A stretch of 41,943 nucleotides of DNA from the NCBI GenBank assembly GCA_045590955.1, contig JAZNSB010000027.1, positions 1 through 41,943 on the forward strand, in the 5' to 3' direction. Within the stretch, counting starts at the first letter, position 1; each line of letters starts with the position of its first letter. The position numbers and the translations under genes were made by a program. The notes under the pieces were generated by a model, which did no database searches, had not been told where the DNA came from, and was given only the letters and a program-made list of their open reading frames with translations. The DNA is from Alphaproteobacteria bacterium (GTDB lineage: Bacteria; Pseudomonadota; Alphaproteobacteria; RF32; CAG-239). Positions 30,876 to 41,943 of this stretch are shown piece by piece.

Positions 30876-31787
30876 ATGGTATACGTATTGTTTTTTATAG
30901 GGCTTTTATGCTTGGCATATGGCGGAGACTGTTTGGTTAACGGGTCTGTGGCTATGGCAAAAAAATTAAAGGTTTCAACACTTTTAATCGGAATTGTGTT
31001 GGTGGGATTTGGAACTTCAATGCCGGAATTGGTTACTTCTTTGTTGGCAGTGTTAAGAAATCCGCCTTCTCCCGGGATTGCAGTGGGAAATGTGGTAGGT
31101 TCTAACATTGCCAATATATTGCTAATTTTGGGGGTGGCTGCTGTTATTTCTCCGATTGAGGTTAATAAAAAATCTTTTGCCAGAGATATAACTTTTTTAA
31201 TTTTGGGTACGGTTTTGCTGTGCGTGGGACTGTATTTTGATGTTTTAGAGATAATTATGGGATCTGTAATGCTGGTAGCTTTAATCGGATATACGGTTTA
31301 TTGCTATTTTACAGAAAAAGAAACGTCTGATGAAAATGATGAGCAAAACATGCCGTTGTGGAAAATGATATTGTATTCTGTAGGAGGTATTGCTTTGATG
31401 ATTGCGGGAGCAAAATTATTGGTGGACAGTTCTGTAACAATTGCACGTTCTTGGGGAATTTCTGAAACAATTATCGGTTTGACAATGGTGGCAATCGGAA
31501 CTTCTTTGCCTGAGTTGGCAACATCAATTTCTGCTGCAGTAAAAAAACAAAACAACATTGCTTTCGGAAACGTGGTAGGCTCAAATATATATAATACTTT
31601 GTTTATTTTGGGTGTAACGGCTTTGTTTACAAAAGTGGCTGTGCCAGCTGATGTATATGAAAGTATTTATGCAATGATTGGAGCTACGGTTGTGTTGTTA
31701 TTGTCAGGAATTTACGGCAAAATAACCAGACCAATGGGGGCGTTGTTCTTATTACTATATGCTGGTTATATATATTGGCTTCAATAA
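30876..31787 (+). CDS. Ca2+/Na+ antiporter (YrbG/CaCA family)
   Basis: two GTSxPE and GNVVGSNI alpha-repeats. Confidence 0.93.
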   Translation: MVYVLFFIGLLCLAYGGDCLVNGSVAMAKKLKVSTLLIGIVLVGFGTSMPELVTSLLAVLRNPPSPGIAVGNVVGSNIANILLILGVAAVISPIEVNKKSFARDITFLILGTVLLCVGLYFDVLEIIMGSVMLVALIGYTVYCYFTEKETSDENDEQNMPLWKMILYSVGGIALMIAGAKLLVDSSVTIARSWGISETIIGLTMVAIGTSLPELATSISAAVKKQNNIAFGNVVGSNIYNTLFILGVTALFTKVAVPADVYESIYAMIGATVVLLLSGIYGKITRPMGALFLLLYAGYIYWLQ

Positions 31788-31861
31788 CAGCATAAGGATT
31801 GCGTTGAAATACACGTTCATCTGACTATATTGTTTTGTATAAGTTTTATACAAGGTGATGG

Positions 31862-32176
31862 ATGAAAGACGTTGATATACAAATTGCAAATAAAATAAAA
31901 ATGCAAAGAAATCTGGCAGAAATTTCTCTGCCGGATTTTGCTGTTTTAACCGGTATTGAAGAAAAAAAACTCAAAAATTATGAAGAAGCCAAACAAGAAA
32001 TTGTTTTTGATGATTTAGGAAAAATATGTGACTGTTTGAAAATATCTTTGGGAGATTTGTTTGATTTTACTCAAGATATAAAAACATTGCCGGACAGCAA
32101 ATTAAACAGAGCAATTAAACAAAAAAATTTGGCTTGCCTGAATAAGTGTTTGCAAACAGATAAAGATGAGCAATAA
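31862..32176 (+). CDS. XRE-family HTH protein
   Basis: IANKIKMQR...FA..TGI.....NYE...L.KI...L pattern. Confidence 0.75.
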   Translation: MKDVDIQIANKIKMQRNLAEISLPDFAVLTGIEEKKLKNYEEAKQEIVFDDLGKICDCLKISLGDLFDFTQDIKTLPDSKLNRAIKQKNLACLNKCLQTDKDEQ

Positions 32177-32202
32177 AAAAGCCCCGTTAGAGGGGATTTT
32201 TT
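32175..32202. terminator. bidirectional terminator
   Basis: aaaaagcccc...ggggattttt. Confidence 0.6.
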
Positions 32203-32203
32203 A

Positions 32204-35200
32204 TTATGATTTATTGACTACTTTGTTCTCTATTTTTCTAATTAAAATATAGAGTAGTGGAATTACAACAATTCCAGCTGCCGTTCCAAGCAACATGCCA
32301 TAAAATACCGGAACTCCGATGGCCCTTCTTGAGGCTGCTCCGGCACCTGTGGCAACAATAAGAGGTAATACACCCAAAATAAAGGTGAAAGCAGTCATTA
32401 ATACGGCTCTAAACCTTTCTTTTGTGCCAAGAATTGCAGCTTTGATAATCGGTAAGTTGTTTTTTACTTCTTGCTCTTTGGCAAATTCTACAATCAAAAT
32501 AGCGTTTTTACTTGCCAAACCAACCAACAAAATCATACCAAGTTGTGCATAAATACTTAATGGCAAGCCTGTGATAAACAGTCCTATTAAGGCACCTAAT
32601 GATGCAACAGAAACAGACATTAATACAGGCATTGGTGTCCACCAACTTTCGTATTGGGCAACCAAAAACAGGTATCCGAAAATAACGGCCAGAATTATCA
32701 AAAAGCTGATTTTTCCATCATTTTTTTGTTCTTGGTAACTTATGCTTGACCATTCATAACTAAAGCCTTTGGGCAAAAGTTTGCTTAAGTTTGCAACATC
32801 TGCCATGGCTTCTCCGGTGGATACGCCTTCTGATTGGACAGCGGTAATTGTTGCACTTGGAAATTGGTTATATCTGGATATGGTTCTTGGAGATAAAGTG
32901 TGTGTTAAAGTAACAAGTGCTTCCAATGGTACCATATGTCCTGTAGAGCTTTGAACATGTAAGCCTTTTATGGCATCAATGTCTTTTCTGTAATTCCAAT
33001 CTGCCTGAATCATTACTTTGTTAACTTGTGTGCCAAAGTTAATGTCATTGATGTATCTTGAACCAAGATATGTTTGCAAAGTTTCATAAATGTTTGATAG
33101 AGGCACTTTCATAAGTTCTGCTTTTTCTCTGTTTATATCAACATATATGTTGGGAGTGTTTGATGTAAACGTTGAATATGCGTATTGAATGCTGGAATGT
33201 GTATTTAGCTTAATTAAGAAGTCGTTTAATGCAGTTTCCAAAGCTAATGGATCATCTGATGCTGTATTTTGTAAGCGATAATCCATACCGCCAGCCATAC
33301 CAAGTCCCATAATGGCAGGAGGTTCAAAAAGCTGGATGTTGGCTTCAGGTAAGCTTGCTAATTTTGTTCTTAATTTGTTTAAAATACTGGTTGAATGTGT
33401 ATTACCAGAGTTTCTTTCTTCCCATGGCTTTAAGATGATAATAGCCATGCCAACGTTTTCTCCTTGTCCGCCAATCATACTGGCACCAACAATGGATAAT
33501 ACGTTTTGAACTCCTTTTTCTTGTTTTATGATACCAACGGCTTTTGACATTATTTCATAACTTCTGTTCTTTGAAGCGCCTTCTGGCAACTGAACGTTGG
33601 CAAAAATAACCCCTTGGTCTTCATTAGGAATGAAACTGGTTTGAGCGATGGATAAAAATGCAACAACGGTTCCAACTAAAATAAACAGCAATAATGCGAT
33701 GACACTTGTTTTTTTGCCAATAAAACCTGTTACAGATGCGTATTTGTCTCTTATTTTATTAAGGTTGGTGTTAAACCAAAATAACGGGCCGGAAGTTGCC
33801 AGTGGTTTTGTTTTTAACATGGTTGCGCAAAGTGCGGGAGACAATGTTAAAGCATTTAAAGAAGAAAAAGATACAGATGTGGATATTGCAACGGCAAATT
33901 GTTGGTAAATTTTTCCGGTAATGCCTCCTAAAAATGCAATTGGCACAAAGATTGCTAATAATACCAATGTTGTGGCAATAATTGCAGAAGAAACTTCTTC
34001 CATGGTTTGAATGGTTGCAGGTTTTGCCTCCATATGTTCTTTTTCCATTAAATAAAGAACACGTTCAACCACAACAATGGCGTCATCTACAACCAAACCT
34101 ATGGCTAAAACAAGGGCAAATAGGGTAAACATGTTTATAGAATATCCCAGAGCAGCAAGTACTGCAAAAGTGGCAAACAATGATACAGGAATGGTTAATG
34201 TGGGTACCAAAGTTGCTCTCCAGTTTTGTAAGAAAATATAACATACGGCAACTACCAAAACAAAGGTTAAGACTAAGGTAATGATTACTTCTTCAATAGA
34301 TACTTTAATGTAATCTGTTGAATCATAGGCAATGGTGTAGTCTATGCCTTCCGGAAACTGAGCTTTTAATCTGGTGAGTTCCGATTTAAGGCCTTTCATG
34401 GCGTCAAGGGCGTTGGCGCCGGACATAAGGTTAATAGCGATGGCAACGGTCGGAATACGGTTAAATTCTGCAGATGCAAAATAACTTTCTTCACCAACTT
34501 CTACTCTGGCAATGTCTTTTAGATATACCAAACCACCTTCTTGAGCTGTGCGGATAATAATGTTTTTAAAGTCTTCAACTTCATTAAGTCGGCCCTGGGT
34601 TTTTAATGTATATACCAATTGTTGATCTGAAGCTTGCGGAGATTTTCCTATAGAACCCAAAGATGGTTGATAGTTTTGTCCCGAAATGGCGTTGTTAATT
34701 GCGCTTAAGGGAATGTTTAAGGCTGTTATTTTATTTGCATCAAGCCATACTCTCATACTAAGTTTTGAAGAATATACGTTTACTTCTCCTACACCATAAA
34801 CACGTGTTAGCGCATTTTTGATGTTGTTCTGAACGTAGTTTGAAAGTTCTAAAACATTTTTGGAAGAATCGGGTGAATATACGTTGATAAAACCTAAAGT
34901 ATTAGAAGAACGCTTAAATACATTAACTCCTTGTTTTGTTACTTCCTGAGGCAATTTTGCCTGTGCTTGCTGTAAACGGTTTTGCACCTTTACTTGGGCA
35001 AGGTCAGGATCTGTTCCGGATTCAAAAGTAACCGTCAAAGAATATCTGCCACTGTCGGTTGATTCCGAATTCATGTAAATCATACCTTCAACACCGTTAA
35101 TTTCTTCTTCAATGGGAATACCGACAGTTTTTGCCAAAACTTCTGCAGAAGCACCGGGATATGTGGCGTGAATTAAAATTTCCGGTGGTGTGATTTCCGG

Positions 35201-35308
35201 ATAAAGAGCTACCGGAAGTGATAGTGCGGCAATTGCTCCGGCCAAGGTTAAAACAATAGAGATAACCATGGCAAAACGAGGTCTTTCAATAAAAATTCTT
35301 GAAAACAT
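32204..35308 (-). CDS. HAE1 RND efflux permease (AcrB-like)
   Basis: [40 protein letters not shown]. Confidence 0.96.
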   Translation of the reverse strand: MFSRIFIERPRFAMVISIVLTLAGAIAALSLPVALYPEITPPEILIHATYPGASAEVLAKTVGIPIEEEINGVEGMIYMNSESTDSGRYSLTVTFESGTDPDLAQVKVQNRLQQAQAKLPQEVTKQGVNVFKRSSNTLGFINVYSPDSSKNVLELSNYVQNNIKNALTRVYGVGEVNVYSSKLSMRVWLDANKITALNIPLSAINNAISGQNYQPSLGSIGKSPQASDQQLVYTLKTQGRLNEVEDFKNIIIRTAQEGGLVYLKDIARVEVGEESYFASAEFNRIPTVAIAINLMSGANALDAMKGLKSELTRLKAQFPEGIDYTIAYDSTDYIKVSIEEVIITLVLTFVLVVAVCYIFLQNWRATLVPTLTIPVSLFATFAVLAALGYSINMFTLFALVLAIGLVVDDAIVVVERVLYLMEKEHMEAKPATIQTMEEVSSAIIATTLVLLAIFVPIAFLGGITGKIYQQFAVAISTSVSFSSLNALTLSPALCATMLKTKPLATSGPLFWFNTNLNKIRDKYASVTGFIGKKTSVIALLLFILVGTVVAFLSIAQTSFIPNEDQGVIFANVQLPEGASKNRSYEIMSKAVGIIKQEKGVQNVLSIVGASMIGGQGENVGMAIIILKPWEERNSGNTHSTSILNKLRTKLASLPEANIQLFEPPAIMGLGMAGGMDYRLQNTASDDPLALETALNDFLIKLNTHSSIQYAYSTFTSNTPNIYVDINREKAELMKVPLSNIYETLQTYLGSRYINDINFGTQVNKVMIQADWNYRKDIDAIKGLHVQSSTGHMVPLEALVTLTHTLSPRTISRYNQFPSATITAVQSEGVSTGEAMADVANLSKLLPKGFSYEWSSISYQEQKNDGKISFLIILAVIFGYLFLVAQYESWWTPMPVLMSVSVASLGALIGLFITGLPLSIYAQLGMILLVGLASKNAILIVEFAKEQEVKNNLPIIKAAILGTKERFRAVLMTAFTFILGVLPLIVATGAGAASRRAIGVPVFYGMLLGTAAGIVVIPLLYILIRKIENKVVNKS

Positions 35309-35310
35309 GA

Positions 35311-36474
35311 TTATAACTCTCCTTGTTGCGGAATTTCTTGTGTTTTAACGGTAATTCCCGGTTTTACTTTTTGAATGCCTTGAACAATGATGTTTTCGCC
35401 AATTCCGAGACCTTCTAATATAATTTGTTTGTTGCCCATGGTTTTGCCCGTTTTTACTCTTCTTTCTTGCACCATGTTGTCTTCATCTACAACGTAAACA
35501 AAATTACCGTTTGAATCTTGACTTAAAGCTGAGGTAATGATGGAAACAGCACCATCAGCGCCGCCTTTGTCGGCAATGTTTACAGTAACATAGTTTCCCG
35601 GAATAAGCCAATTTTTAGAGTTGGCATATTCTAAATAAATGGGCATTGTAGCTGTAGAAGCATCAATTTCATTATTAAAAAATGTATTGTTCGGTTTTTC
35701 GTTGAAAATGGTGTTGTTAGATAAAACAAGCTGATGTTCAACAAACTCTTTTCCAAGTTCTTGGGCTTTTTGTGTCATAGATAAAAAGTCTTTGTCTGAA
35801 ATAGAAAAGGTAACTCTGATTGGAGCATTTTGAACAATGCGGGCCAGAGTTTGTGTGGATGAGTTAACAAAGTTTCCTTCAGTTACCAGAGCTTTACCGA
35901 TTATGCCATCAATCGGGGCTTTAATTTCTGTATATGCAAGATTTATGCGGGCCAAATCTAAGTTGGCAGAAGCTTGCTTTACATTTGCTTTTGCTTCGGA
36001 AAGGGCTGCTTGCGCAGCATCTAAAGCTGCTTCTGAGGCAAACTTTTGTTTGTTTAAACTTTTTTGTCTTTTATAATCTTTTTCAACTTTAAGCAAAACA
36101 GCTTGAGCTTGGTCAAGATTGGCTTCTGCAAGTTTAACATTTGCTTCATATCTTTGAGGCTCAATTATAAATAATGTGTCACCGGCTTTTACCAATGATC
36201 CTTCTTTGAACAAAATCTTTTCAACATATCCGCTTATTTGCGGGTGAATGTCAACACTTTGAATGGCTTCTACTTTTCCAATGTATGAACGTTGGGGGAG
36301 CATGTCAACTTTTTGCGACTTGGCAATCAAAACTTGCGGAACTCCTCCCATTTGTGCCATTTGCGGAGCCTTTGGTGTGAGTTTGGCTTTGATATACCAT
36401 CCGGCAGCAACGCAGAGTATGATGATGATTGTTTGTTGAATTATTTTTGTTTTGCTTAATTTGGAAACTTTCAT
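35311..36474 (-). CDS. RND periplasmic adaptor (AcrA-like)
   Basis: ISGYV..I.FKEG, I.APIDG.IG segments; N-terminal anchor. Confidence 0.93.
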   Translation of the reverse strand: MKVSKLSKTKIIQQTIIIILCVAAGWYIKAKLTPKAPQMAQMGGVPQVLIAKSQKVDMLPQRSYIGKVEAIQSVDIHPQISGYVEKILFKEGSLVKAGDTLFIIEPQRYEANVKLAEANLDQAQAVLLKVEKDYKRQKSLNKQKFASEAALDAAQAALSEAKANVKQASANLDLARINLAYTEIKAPIDGIIGKALVTEGNFVNSSTQTLARIVQNAPIRVTFSISDKDFLSMTQKAQELGKEFVEHQLVLSNNTIFNEKPNNTFFNNEIDASTATMPIYLEYANSKNWLIPGNYVTVNIADKGGADGAVSIITSALSQDSNGNFVYVVDEDNMVQERRVKTGKTMGNKQIILEGLGIGENIIVQGIQKVKPGITVKTQEIPQQGEL

Positions 36475-37076
36475 TTTTTCAGTCCTTTTATTATAATATT
36501 AAAACTTTTTTCTACTGTTTGCGGAAAATTTTTGTTAGGGGTGTTTTTTATGGTTTCTGCCTGTAACAACCCATGCCAAAGCGAATATATGGTTTGCGAA
36601 ATTATTTCAATCTCTGCTTCAGACGAAATTATTCCGTTTTTTTGAAGATTTTCAACATTTTTATTTAAGTATTGAAGAGGATAGCTGAATATGTCGCTTA
36701 AGGATTGTTCTACCGCATTAAAAAGCGGATACGACCATTCTATTTGCCAAAAAACAAAGTGAAAAAATTTACGTAATCGCTCATCTTCAATTACTTGATG
36801 GGCTTTTTGTATGAAAACAGATATTATGTCTTCCAGAGAATCGATAGGTGTGCTAAACTCTATACCATATGTGTCGTGGTAGTCTCTGATTAAGGCAGAC
36901 AAAAGATCTGCTTTGTTTTTAAAATGCCAGTAAACTGCGCCTTTTGAAAGACCGATGGTTTTTGCTATCTCATCAAAAGTAACTTTAGAGTATCCTCTGT
37001 TTGAGAACAGATCTAAAGCCGTTTTTAGTATGAGTTTTCTTGTTTCTTGGGCATCTTCTTTTGTTTTGCGAACCAT
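36471..37076 (-). CDS. TetR/AcrR-family repressor
   Basis: MVRKTKEDAQETR...GAVYWHFKNK. Confidence 0.95.
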   Translation of the reverse strand: MVRKTKEDAQETRKLILKTALDLFSNRGYSKVTFDEIAKTIGLSKGAVYWHFKNKADLLSALIRDYHDTYGIEFSTPIDSLEDIISVFIQKAHQVIEDERLRKFFHFVFWQIEWSYPLFNAVEQSLSDIFSYPLQYLNKNVENLQKNGIISSEAEIEIISQTIYSLWHGLLQAETIKNTPNKNFPQTVEKSFNIIIKGLKK

Positions 37077-37086
37077 AAATTTTCCT

Positions 37087-37114
37087 TATACATACCTACT
37101 GGTAGGTATGTATA
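37087..37114. promoter_or_regulatory. AcrR-type operator palindrome
   Basis: TATACATACCTAC-tg-GTAGGTATGTATA just upstream of the TetR gene. Confidence 0.85.
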
Positions 37115-37317
37115 TATAAATAAAATTAAAAATCAATTAAAATTTTTTGTTTTGTGCAAAATAAAAGAATATAGCTTGTTTATTGCAATGAAGTAAAATT
37201 AAAATGGAGTAAAAGGGACAAATACAAGAGAATTTTAGAAAAGATTTATTTAGATAATGGTTTTTATGTAAATGAATATATGCTTAATAAAGGTGGTTGT
37301 GAAAAGTATGTTGAAAG

Positions 37318-37341
37318 AAGGGCGGATTATTCCGCCCTTTT
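37318..37341. terminator. intrinsic terminator
   Basis: aagggcgga-ttat-tccgccctt. Confidence 0.75.
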
Positions 37342-37353
37342 AAAGTTTTTGAT

Positions 37354-38424
37354 TTATTTTTCTAAGTAAAGGTTGCTTTGGCGGTAATTCTTAAGTGCGT
37401 ATTGAAGAAAAACACCAATGACCGCTGCAGTGGGAACAGCTATCATTAACCCCAAAAAGCCAAGCAAAACACCTCCGGACAGTAATGCGAACATTACCCA
37501 TATCGGGTGTAAGCCAACGCTTTTGCCAACAAGTTTCGGAGTTAAAAAGTTGCCTTCTATAAATTGCCCGATTGCAAATACGGCAATAACATATATGACC
37601 GGTGTGAGGCTGGAAAACTGAACCAACGCAATGGCAATACTTAATAAAAAACCAAAAATTGAGCCAAAATATGGTATGAACGAAATTAAACCCGAAACAA
37701 AACCGATAACAACCCCTAGCTCTACTTTAATTAAGTATAGGCCTATGGCATAAAACAAACCCAACAAAACACAAACGGTTAGCTGTCCTCTGATGAATGC
37801 TGCAATTAACGTGTCTATTTGTTGCATTTGCTGACGAATGATTTTTCCGCTCTTTTTGGGTAACAGGTTGTTTACTTTGCTAACAAATTTGTTCCAGTCC
37901 CTTAACATGTAAAAAGCAACAATCGGAGTAATGAGCAATAAAGAAATGAGGTTTATGAAAGCAAAACCGCCGGAAACCAGTTTTTTTATGAGTTGTGAGG
38001 CAAACTTTAAGGCATAAAGCATGTTGTCATATGTATAAGCTTTGATTTTTTCTGCTTCAAGGGACGGAAATTTTTCTTGCAAACTGATAAGAACAGGTTC
38101 TGCCTTTTTGATTACAGAACTTACATATTGAGGTATAAAACTTAAAAAACTGGAAAGTTGTTCGTTTATCATACCGATTAATATGGCAAATATAGGAGTA
38201 ATGAAAATGACAGAAAGAAGTAAAACAATGCAAGTGGCAACAGTTCTGTTTATGCCCAGTTTTTCAAACTTATCCGCAAATGGATTGAGCAAATATCCGA
38301 TGACAATACCTAATACAAACGGAAGTAATACAGAACGTAATGTATATACAAGCATGCAAAAAATACTGAAAATAATGAGCCAAAATATCCAGTTGTTAGA
38401 AGTTTTTTTTGTTTGTGCCACCAT
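37354..38424 (-). CDS. AI-2E family transporter
   Basis: FIRGQ, FIPYFG, EGNFLTPKLVG.SVGLHP. Confidence 0.92.
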   Translation of the reverse strand: MVAQTKKTSNNWIFWLIIFSIFCMLVYTLRSVLLPFVLGIVIGYLLNPFADKFEKLGINRTVATCIVLLLSVIFITPIFAILIGMINEQLSSFLSFIPQYVSSVIKKAEPVLISLQEKFPSLEAEKIKAYTYDNMLYALKFASQLIKKLVSGGFAFINLISLLLITPIVAFYMLRDWNKFVSKVNNLLPKKSGKIIRQQMQQIDTLIAAFIRGQLTVCVLLGLFYAIGLYLIKVELGVVIGFVSGLISFIPYFGSIFGFLLSIAIALVQFSSLTPVIYVIAVFAIGQFIEGNFLTPKLVGKSVGLHPIWVMFALLSGGVLLGFLGLMIAVPTAAVIGVFLQYALKNYRQSNLYLEK

Positions 38425-38433
38425 AATCTTTCC

Positions 38434-39489
38434 TTAAAATTTTTCTAAAGCATAATTGTCATTAATGGTTTTAATAAGATATCGCTGATTGTTCAGTATG
38501 TGATTTAATTTTCCGATACTGCCTATAAAATCTATTTCAATCATGGCTTGGTCTTTATTTAATGATATTATTTGGTATTTTTTGATGTAGCCAATGTTTT
38601 GTAAAGTGTTTTCCATGTCTTTTAACTGTTTGACGGAAGAATAATTGAAAATAGCCATAATTTGGTTTTTTTGTTTGCTTTCGCTAATGTTTTGTTCTTT
38701 TATTTTGTCTTCAATGTGTTTTTTTACAACATTAATTGCTTTATTAAATAAGTCTGCATTTCTGTCTCCATCAACGCTCAAGTCAACAGAATCGTTTTCT
38801 TTGCCGTTTGCGTATGATGAAAGATTAATGTGCAAACCTTCTATGCCGTTATATGTGGCATCTGCTACATATATGGTGGAAATTTTATTTATTTTTGCAA
38901 GTTTTGACATTGCTTGTTTGTTTAATGACAATGCTTGTTGAACACTTAAAGCCAAATAATTGTCTCCGTTAACCGGAATGCTGTAAATTTTTATCGGACC
39001 ATTACCGACAGGACTGCTTTCCCATGCTTTGCGCCAAGTGTTGGCAGATTGCCATAACAATGGCTGGTCTGTTTTAAATTCTCTAAATACGGGAATAACT
39101 AAAATTTTTGTGCTTTGCGGTTCTGAAAAATCTATGTTTTTTGACTGAAGATATTCTTTTAACAAATCTTCTTTTATGCTTATTTTTAAATTGGCAATAT
39201 ATCTTACTTCAGAGCGTTTTTCCCAAATAACGGATACTGCTTTGATGAAATTGACAATTTGTGTATCTTCCATTGAAGATAATGATTCTACATTTTTTGA
39301 AGTGGTAATTTTGTTTAAGACATCTATAAAAGCTTGCCTTTGGGCATAGGTCATGGCTTTTTCTTGGGCAAGAGCTGCAGATTTATCTGAAACATCAACG
39401 GAAATGTTTTGTGAATATATGTCCGGAGAAGCAAAAGCCGAATGTGTAAATGTAAAAATTGCACATATATATATAAGTATCTTTCTCAT
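38434..39489 (-). CDS. DUF2066-like exported protein
   Basis: signal peptide, SA..A...A...AQR.AF, ILVIPV, W...NTWR.AW; adjacent to AI-2E gene. Confidence 0.7.
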   Translation of the reverse strand: MRKILIYICAIFTFTHSAFASPDIYSQNISVDVSDKSAALAQEKAMTYAQRQAFIDVLNKITTSKNVESLSSMEDTQIVNFIKAVSVIWEKRSEVRYIANLKISIKEDLLKEYLQSKNIDFSEPQSTKILVIPVFREFKTDQPLLWQSANTWRKAWESSPVGNGPIKIYSIPVNGDNYLALSVQQALSLNKQAMSKLAKINKISTIYVADATYNGIEGLHINLSSYANGKENDSVDLSVDGDRNADLFNKAINVVKKHIEDKIKEQNISESKQKNQIMAIFNYSSVKQLKDMENTLQNIGYIKKYQIISLNKDQAMIEIDFIGSIGKLNHILNNQRYLIKTINDNYALEKF

Positions 39490-39614
39490 TTTATGTTCCT
39501 AATTTGTCATTTTTACATAATATATTATACTTTATTCAATAAAGCAAAAGATTTTATTAGACTTTTAATAGATAAAGTTGTTAATTATGTGTAGATAATT
39601 TTTAGGAGAGTAAT

Positions 39615-40607
39615 ATGAGTTTTATTGAAAATGTAATTTCTCAGGCAAAAATGTTAAACAAAACAATAGTTTTGCCGGAGGGAGAAGATGTTAGAGTATT
39701 GAAAGCAGCCCACATGCTTGATGAACAAAAAATTTGCAAAGTTATTGTTTTAGGAAATAAAGAGCAAATTTTAAATGAATTTGAAAAAAATGGTTGGAAT
39801 GCGCAAAATATTCAAATAATTGAACCGAAAAATTGCGAAAAACTAGAAGAATATACGCAGATGTTTTATGAAATGAGAAAAGCAAAAGGAATAACTTTGC
39901 AAGAAGCTCAGGAAACAGTGTTAAATAATAATTATTTTGCAACTCTAATGATTAAAGCAGGTGATGCAGACGGAATGGTTTCCGGAGCAGCTCATTCAAC
40001 CGCAGATACAGTAAGACCTGCTTTGCAAATAATTAAATCGGCAAGAGCAGATATGGCGGTTTCTGCATTTTTCTTTATGACAAAAGATGATAAGACATTT
40101 ATTTTTGCAGATTCCGGTTTAACTCCAAATCCGGATGAGCAAACTTTGGCAAACATTGCTATCCAATCTGCAGTTACGGCTCATCAGTTCGGCTTGCCTA
40201 AAAATGTTGCAATGTTGTCTTATTCAACATATGGCTCTGCTAAAGGAGAATTGGTTTCAAAAGTTCAAAATGCAACCAAAATTGCAAAACAGATGTTGGA
40301 AAAAGATGAATTTAAATCTTTGGAAATTAATTTGGATGGCGAATTACAGGCAGATGCTGCTTTAGTGGAAAGTGTGGCAAAATCTAAAGCTCCGGAATCT
40401 AAGGTGGCCGGAAAAGCAAATATATTAGTATTTCCTGATTTAAATGCCGGAAATATAGGTTATAAGTTGGTTCAAAGACTGGGCGGGTATGAGGCATATG
40501 GCCCTATTTTGCAAGGATTAAATGCTCCTGTAAATGATCTTTCAAGAGGTTGCAGTGCAGAAGATATTGTTGGTGCTGCTGCAATTACAATTATGCAATC
40601 TAAGTAA
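39615..40607 (+). CDS. pta: phosphate acetyltransferase
   Basis: IVLPEG, DGELQADAAL, FPDLNAGNIGYK, PVNDLSRG. Confidence 0.97.
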   Translation: MSFIENVISQAKMLNKTIVLPEGEDVRVLKAAHMLDEQKICKVIVLGNKEQILNEFEKNGWNAQNIQIIEPKNCEKLEEYTQMFYEMRKAKGITLQEAQETVLNNNYFATLMIKAGDADGMVSGAAHSTADTVRPALQIIKSARADMAVSAFFFMTKDDKTFIFADSGLTPNPDEQTLANIAIQSAVTAHQFGLPKNVAMLSYSTYGSAKGELVSKVQNATKIAKQMLEKDEFKSLEINLDGELQADAALVESVAKSKAPESKVAGKANILVFPDLNAGNIGYKLVQRLGGYEAYGPILQGLNAPVNDLSRGCSAEDIVGAAAITIMQSK

Positions 40608-40618
40608 ATTTTGGCATT

Positions 40619-40647
40619 AAAAAAGGCGACCAAACGGTCGCCTTTTT
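40619..40647. terminator. bidirectional terminator between pta and ackA
   Basis: aaaaaggcgacc-aaac-ggtcgccttttt. Confidence 0.9.
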
Positions 40648-40653
40648 GTTTTC

Positions 40654-41829
40654 TCAGATAAGATTTACCGTATCTTGTGCAATTACCAACTCTTCATCTG
40701 TAGGAATGACAAATGCTCTGACTTTTGATCCGGATTTGGTAATTTCTTGAATGGAACCTCTCTTGTTGTTGTTTTCTTCATCAAGTTCCATGCCTAAATA
40801 TCCCAAACGTTCTATGATCATCTTTCTGATAATCGGAGAATTTTCACCAATGCCGGCAGTAAATACAATGGCATCTACACCACCCATGGCGGCAATGTAT
40901 GAACCGATAAATCTTAAAATGTTATATACATATACCTGCATTGCCGTAACAGCTTTGGGTTCTCCTTCAAGATATTTGTCTTCAACGTCTCTCATGTCTG
41001 AAAAACCTGTAAGTCCGAGCATGCCACTTTGTTTGTTTAACAAGTTGTTTGCTTCGTCAACGGTTAAGTTTTGAGATTTCATGATATGAAGAGGAATATA
41101 TGGGTCAATGTCTCCACTTCTGGTGCCCATAACAACACCGGCAAGAGGGGTAAAGCCCATAGATGTGTCTATGCATCGGCCGTTCTTTACAGCTGCCAAA
41201 GATGCACCGTTGCCAAGGTGACAGGTGACAACTTTAATGTCTTCTTTGCCAAAAATTTTTGCAACTTGGCGAGATACATATAAGTGCGATGTGCCGTGAA
41301 AACCATATCTTCTTATTTGGTGTTTGGTGTATTGCTCTAAAGGAATGCCATATAAAAATGCTTCTTTGGGCATTGTTTGATGAAATGCCGTATCAAATAC
41401 TGCAACTTGCGGAACGTTGGGCAAAAGAGACTTTACAGCCCTCATTCCGATTAAATTGGCAGGGTTGTGAAGAGGTGCTAACGGAGAAAGTTTTTCAAAT
41501 TTTTCCATTACTTCGTCAGTAATAAGAACAGAAGAACTAAATTCTTCTCCACCGTGAACGGCTCTGTGACCTACAGCGGTAATTTCTTCAACTGATTTGA
41601 TAGCGCCGTTTAACAATAAATCTATTACTGCACTAATGGCTTCAGAGTGTGTGGGTAGATTAATTTGCTTTACGGTTTTTTGTTCGCCGATTTTAATGCT
41701 TACTTGAGAACCGTCTATACCGATGCGTTCTGCCAAACCTTTGGCTACTACTTTATATTGACCGCCTTCAACATCAAAAAGTTGATATTTTAATGATGAA
41801 GAGCCGGAATTTAATACTAAAATTTTCAT
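40654..41829 (-). CDS. ackA: acetate kinase
   Basis: LNSGSSSLK, HRAVHGG, APLHNP, YGFHGTSH, FTAGIGEN. Confidence 0.98.
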   Translation of the reverse strand: MKILVLNSGSSSLKYQLFDVEGGQYKVVAKGLAERIGIDGSQVSIKIGEQKTVKQINLPTHSEAISAVIDLLLNGAIKSVEEITAVGHRAVHGGEEFSSSVLITDEVMEKFEKLSPLAPLHNPANLIGMRAVKSLLPNVPQVAVFDTAFHQTMPKEAFLYGIPLEQYTKHQIRRYGFHGTSHLYVSRQVAKIFGKEDIKVVTCHLGNGASLAAVKNGRCIDTSMGFTPLAGVVMGTRSGDIDPYIPLHIMKSQNLTVDEANNLLNKQSGMLGLTGFSDMRDVEDKYLEGEPKAVTAMQVYVYNILRFIGSYIAAMGGVDAIVFTAGIGENSPIIRKMIIERLGYLGMELDEENNNKRGSIQEITKSGSKVRAFVIPTDEELVIAQDTVNLI

Positions 41830-41943
41830 TATTTGCTTCCTTTTTTAATATGATGTTTGATGTGCTTAAAATAATAGTTATGACGTTTACAAGTCAAGAA
41901 CAAAATAACGGACATGTTACTTATTGGGTGCTTAAATTTTTGT

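Overview
AT-rich bacterial chromosome segment. The porin, RND pump and DUF2066/AI-2E pair suggest a Gram-negative, probably alphaproteobacterial, fermenter (inference). The housekeeping backbone includes uup, rmlA/rmlB, tRNA-Pro(CGG), pip, PPi-dependent phosphofructokinase, a YrbG-type antiporter, TetR-MFP-RND and pta/ackA. Accessory pieces that the ORF track largely misses: (1) 0.9-3.9 kb is a cassette-like array of dissimilar small single-pass membrane genes separated by conserved intergenic repeats. Each repeat holds a frame-conserved 14-15 codon micro-ORF whose stop codon lies in the loop of a covarying terminator hairpin. (2) An integrase-less 2.3 kb island at tRNA-Pro is bounded by a 48-bp direct repeat and contains an HU gene relic. 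(3) A CsoR/RcnR-type operon begins with a repeat-built 17-Cys metallothionein-like gene. (4) A two-gene module with a ParB-domain gene is flanked by a recoded duplicate of the 3' end of a pyruvyltransferase gene. (5) A ~1234-aa effector-like gene is thrown out of frame by a (GA)22 microsatellite, the pattern expected of phase variation. All calls come from reading the sequence by eye; no database searches were run.
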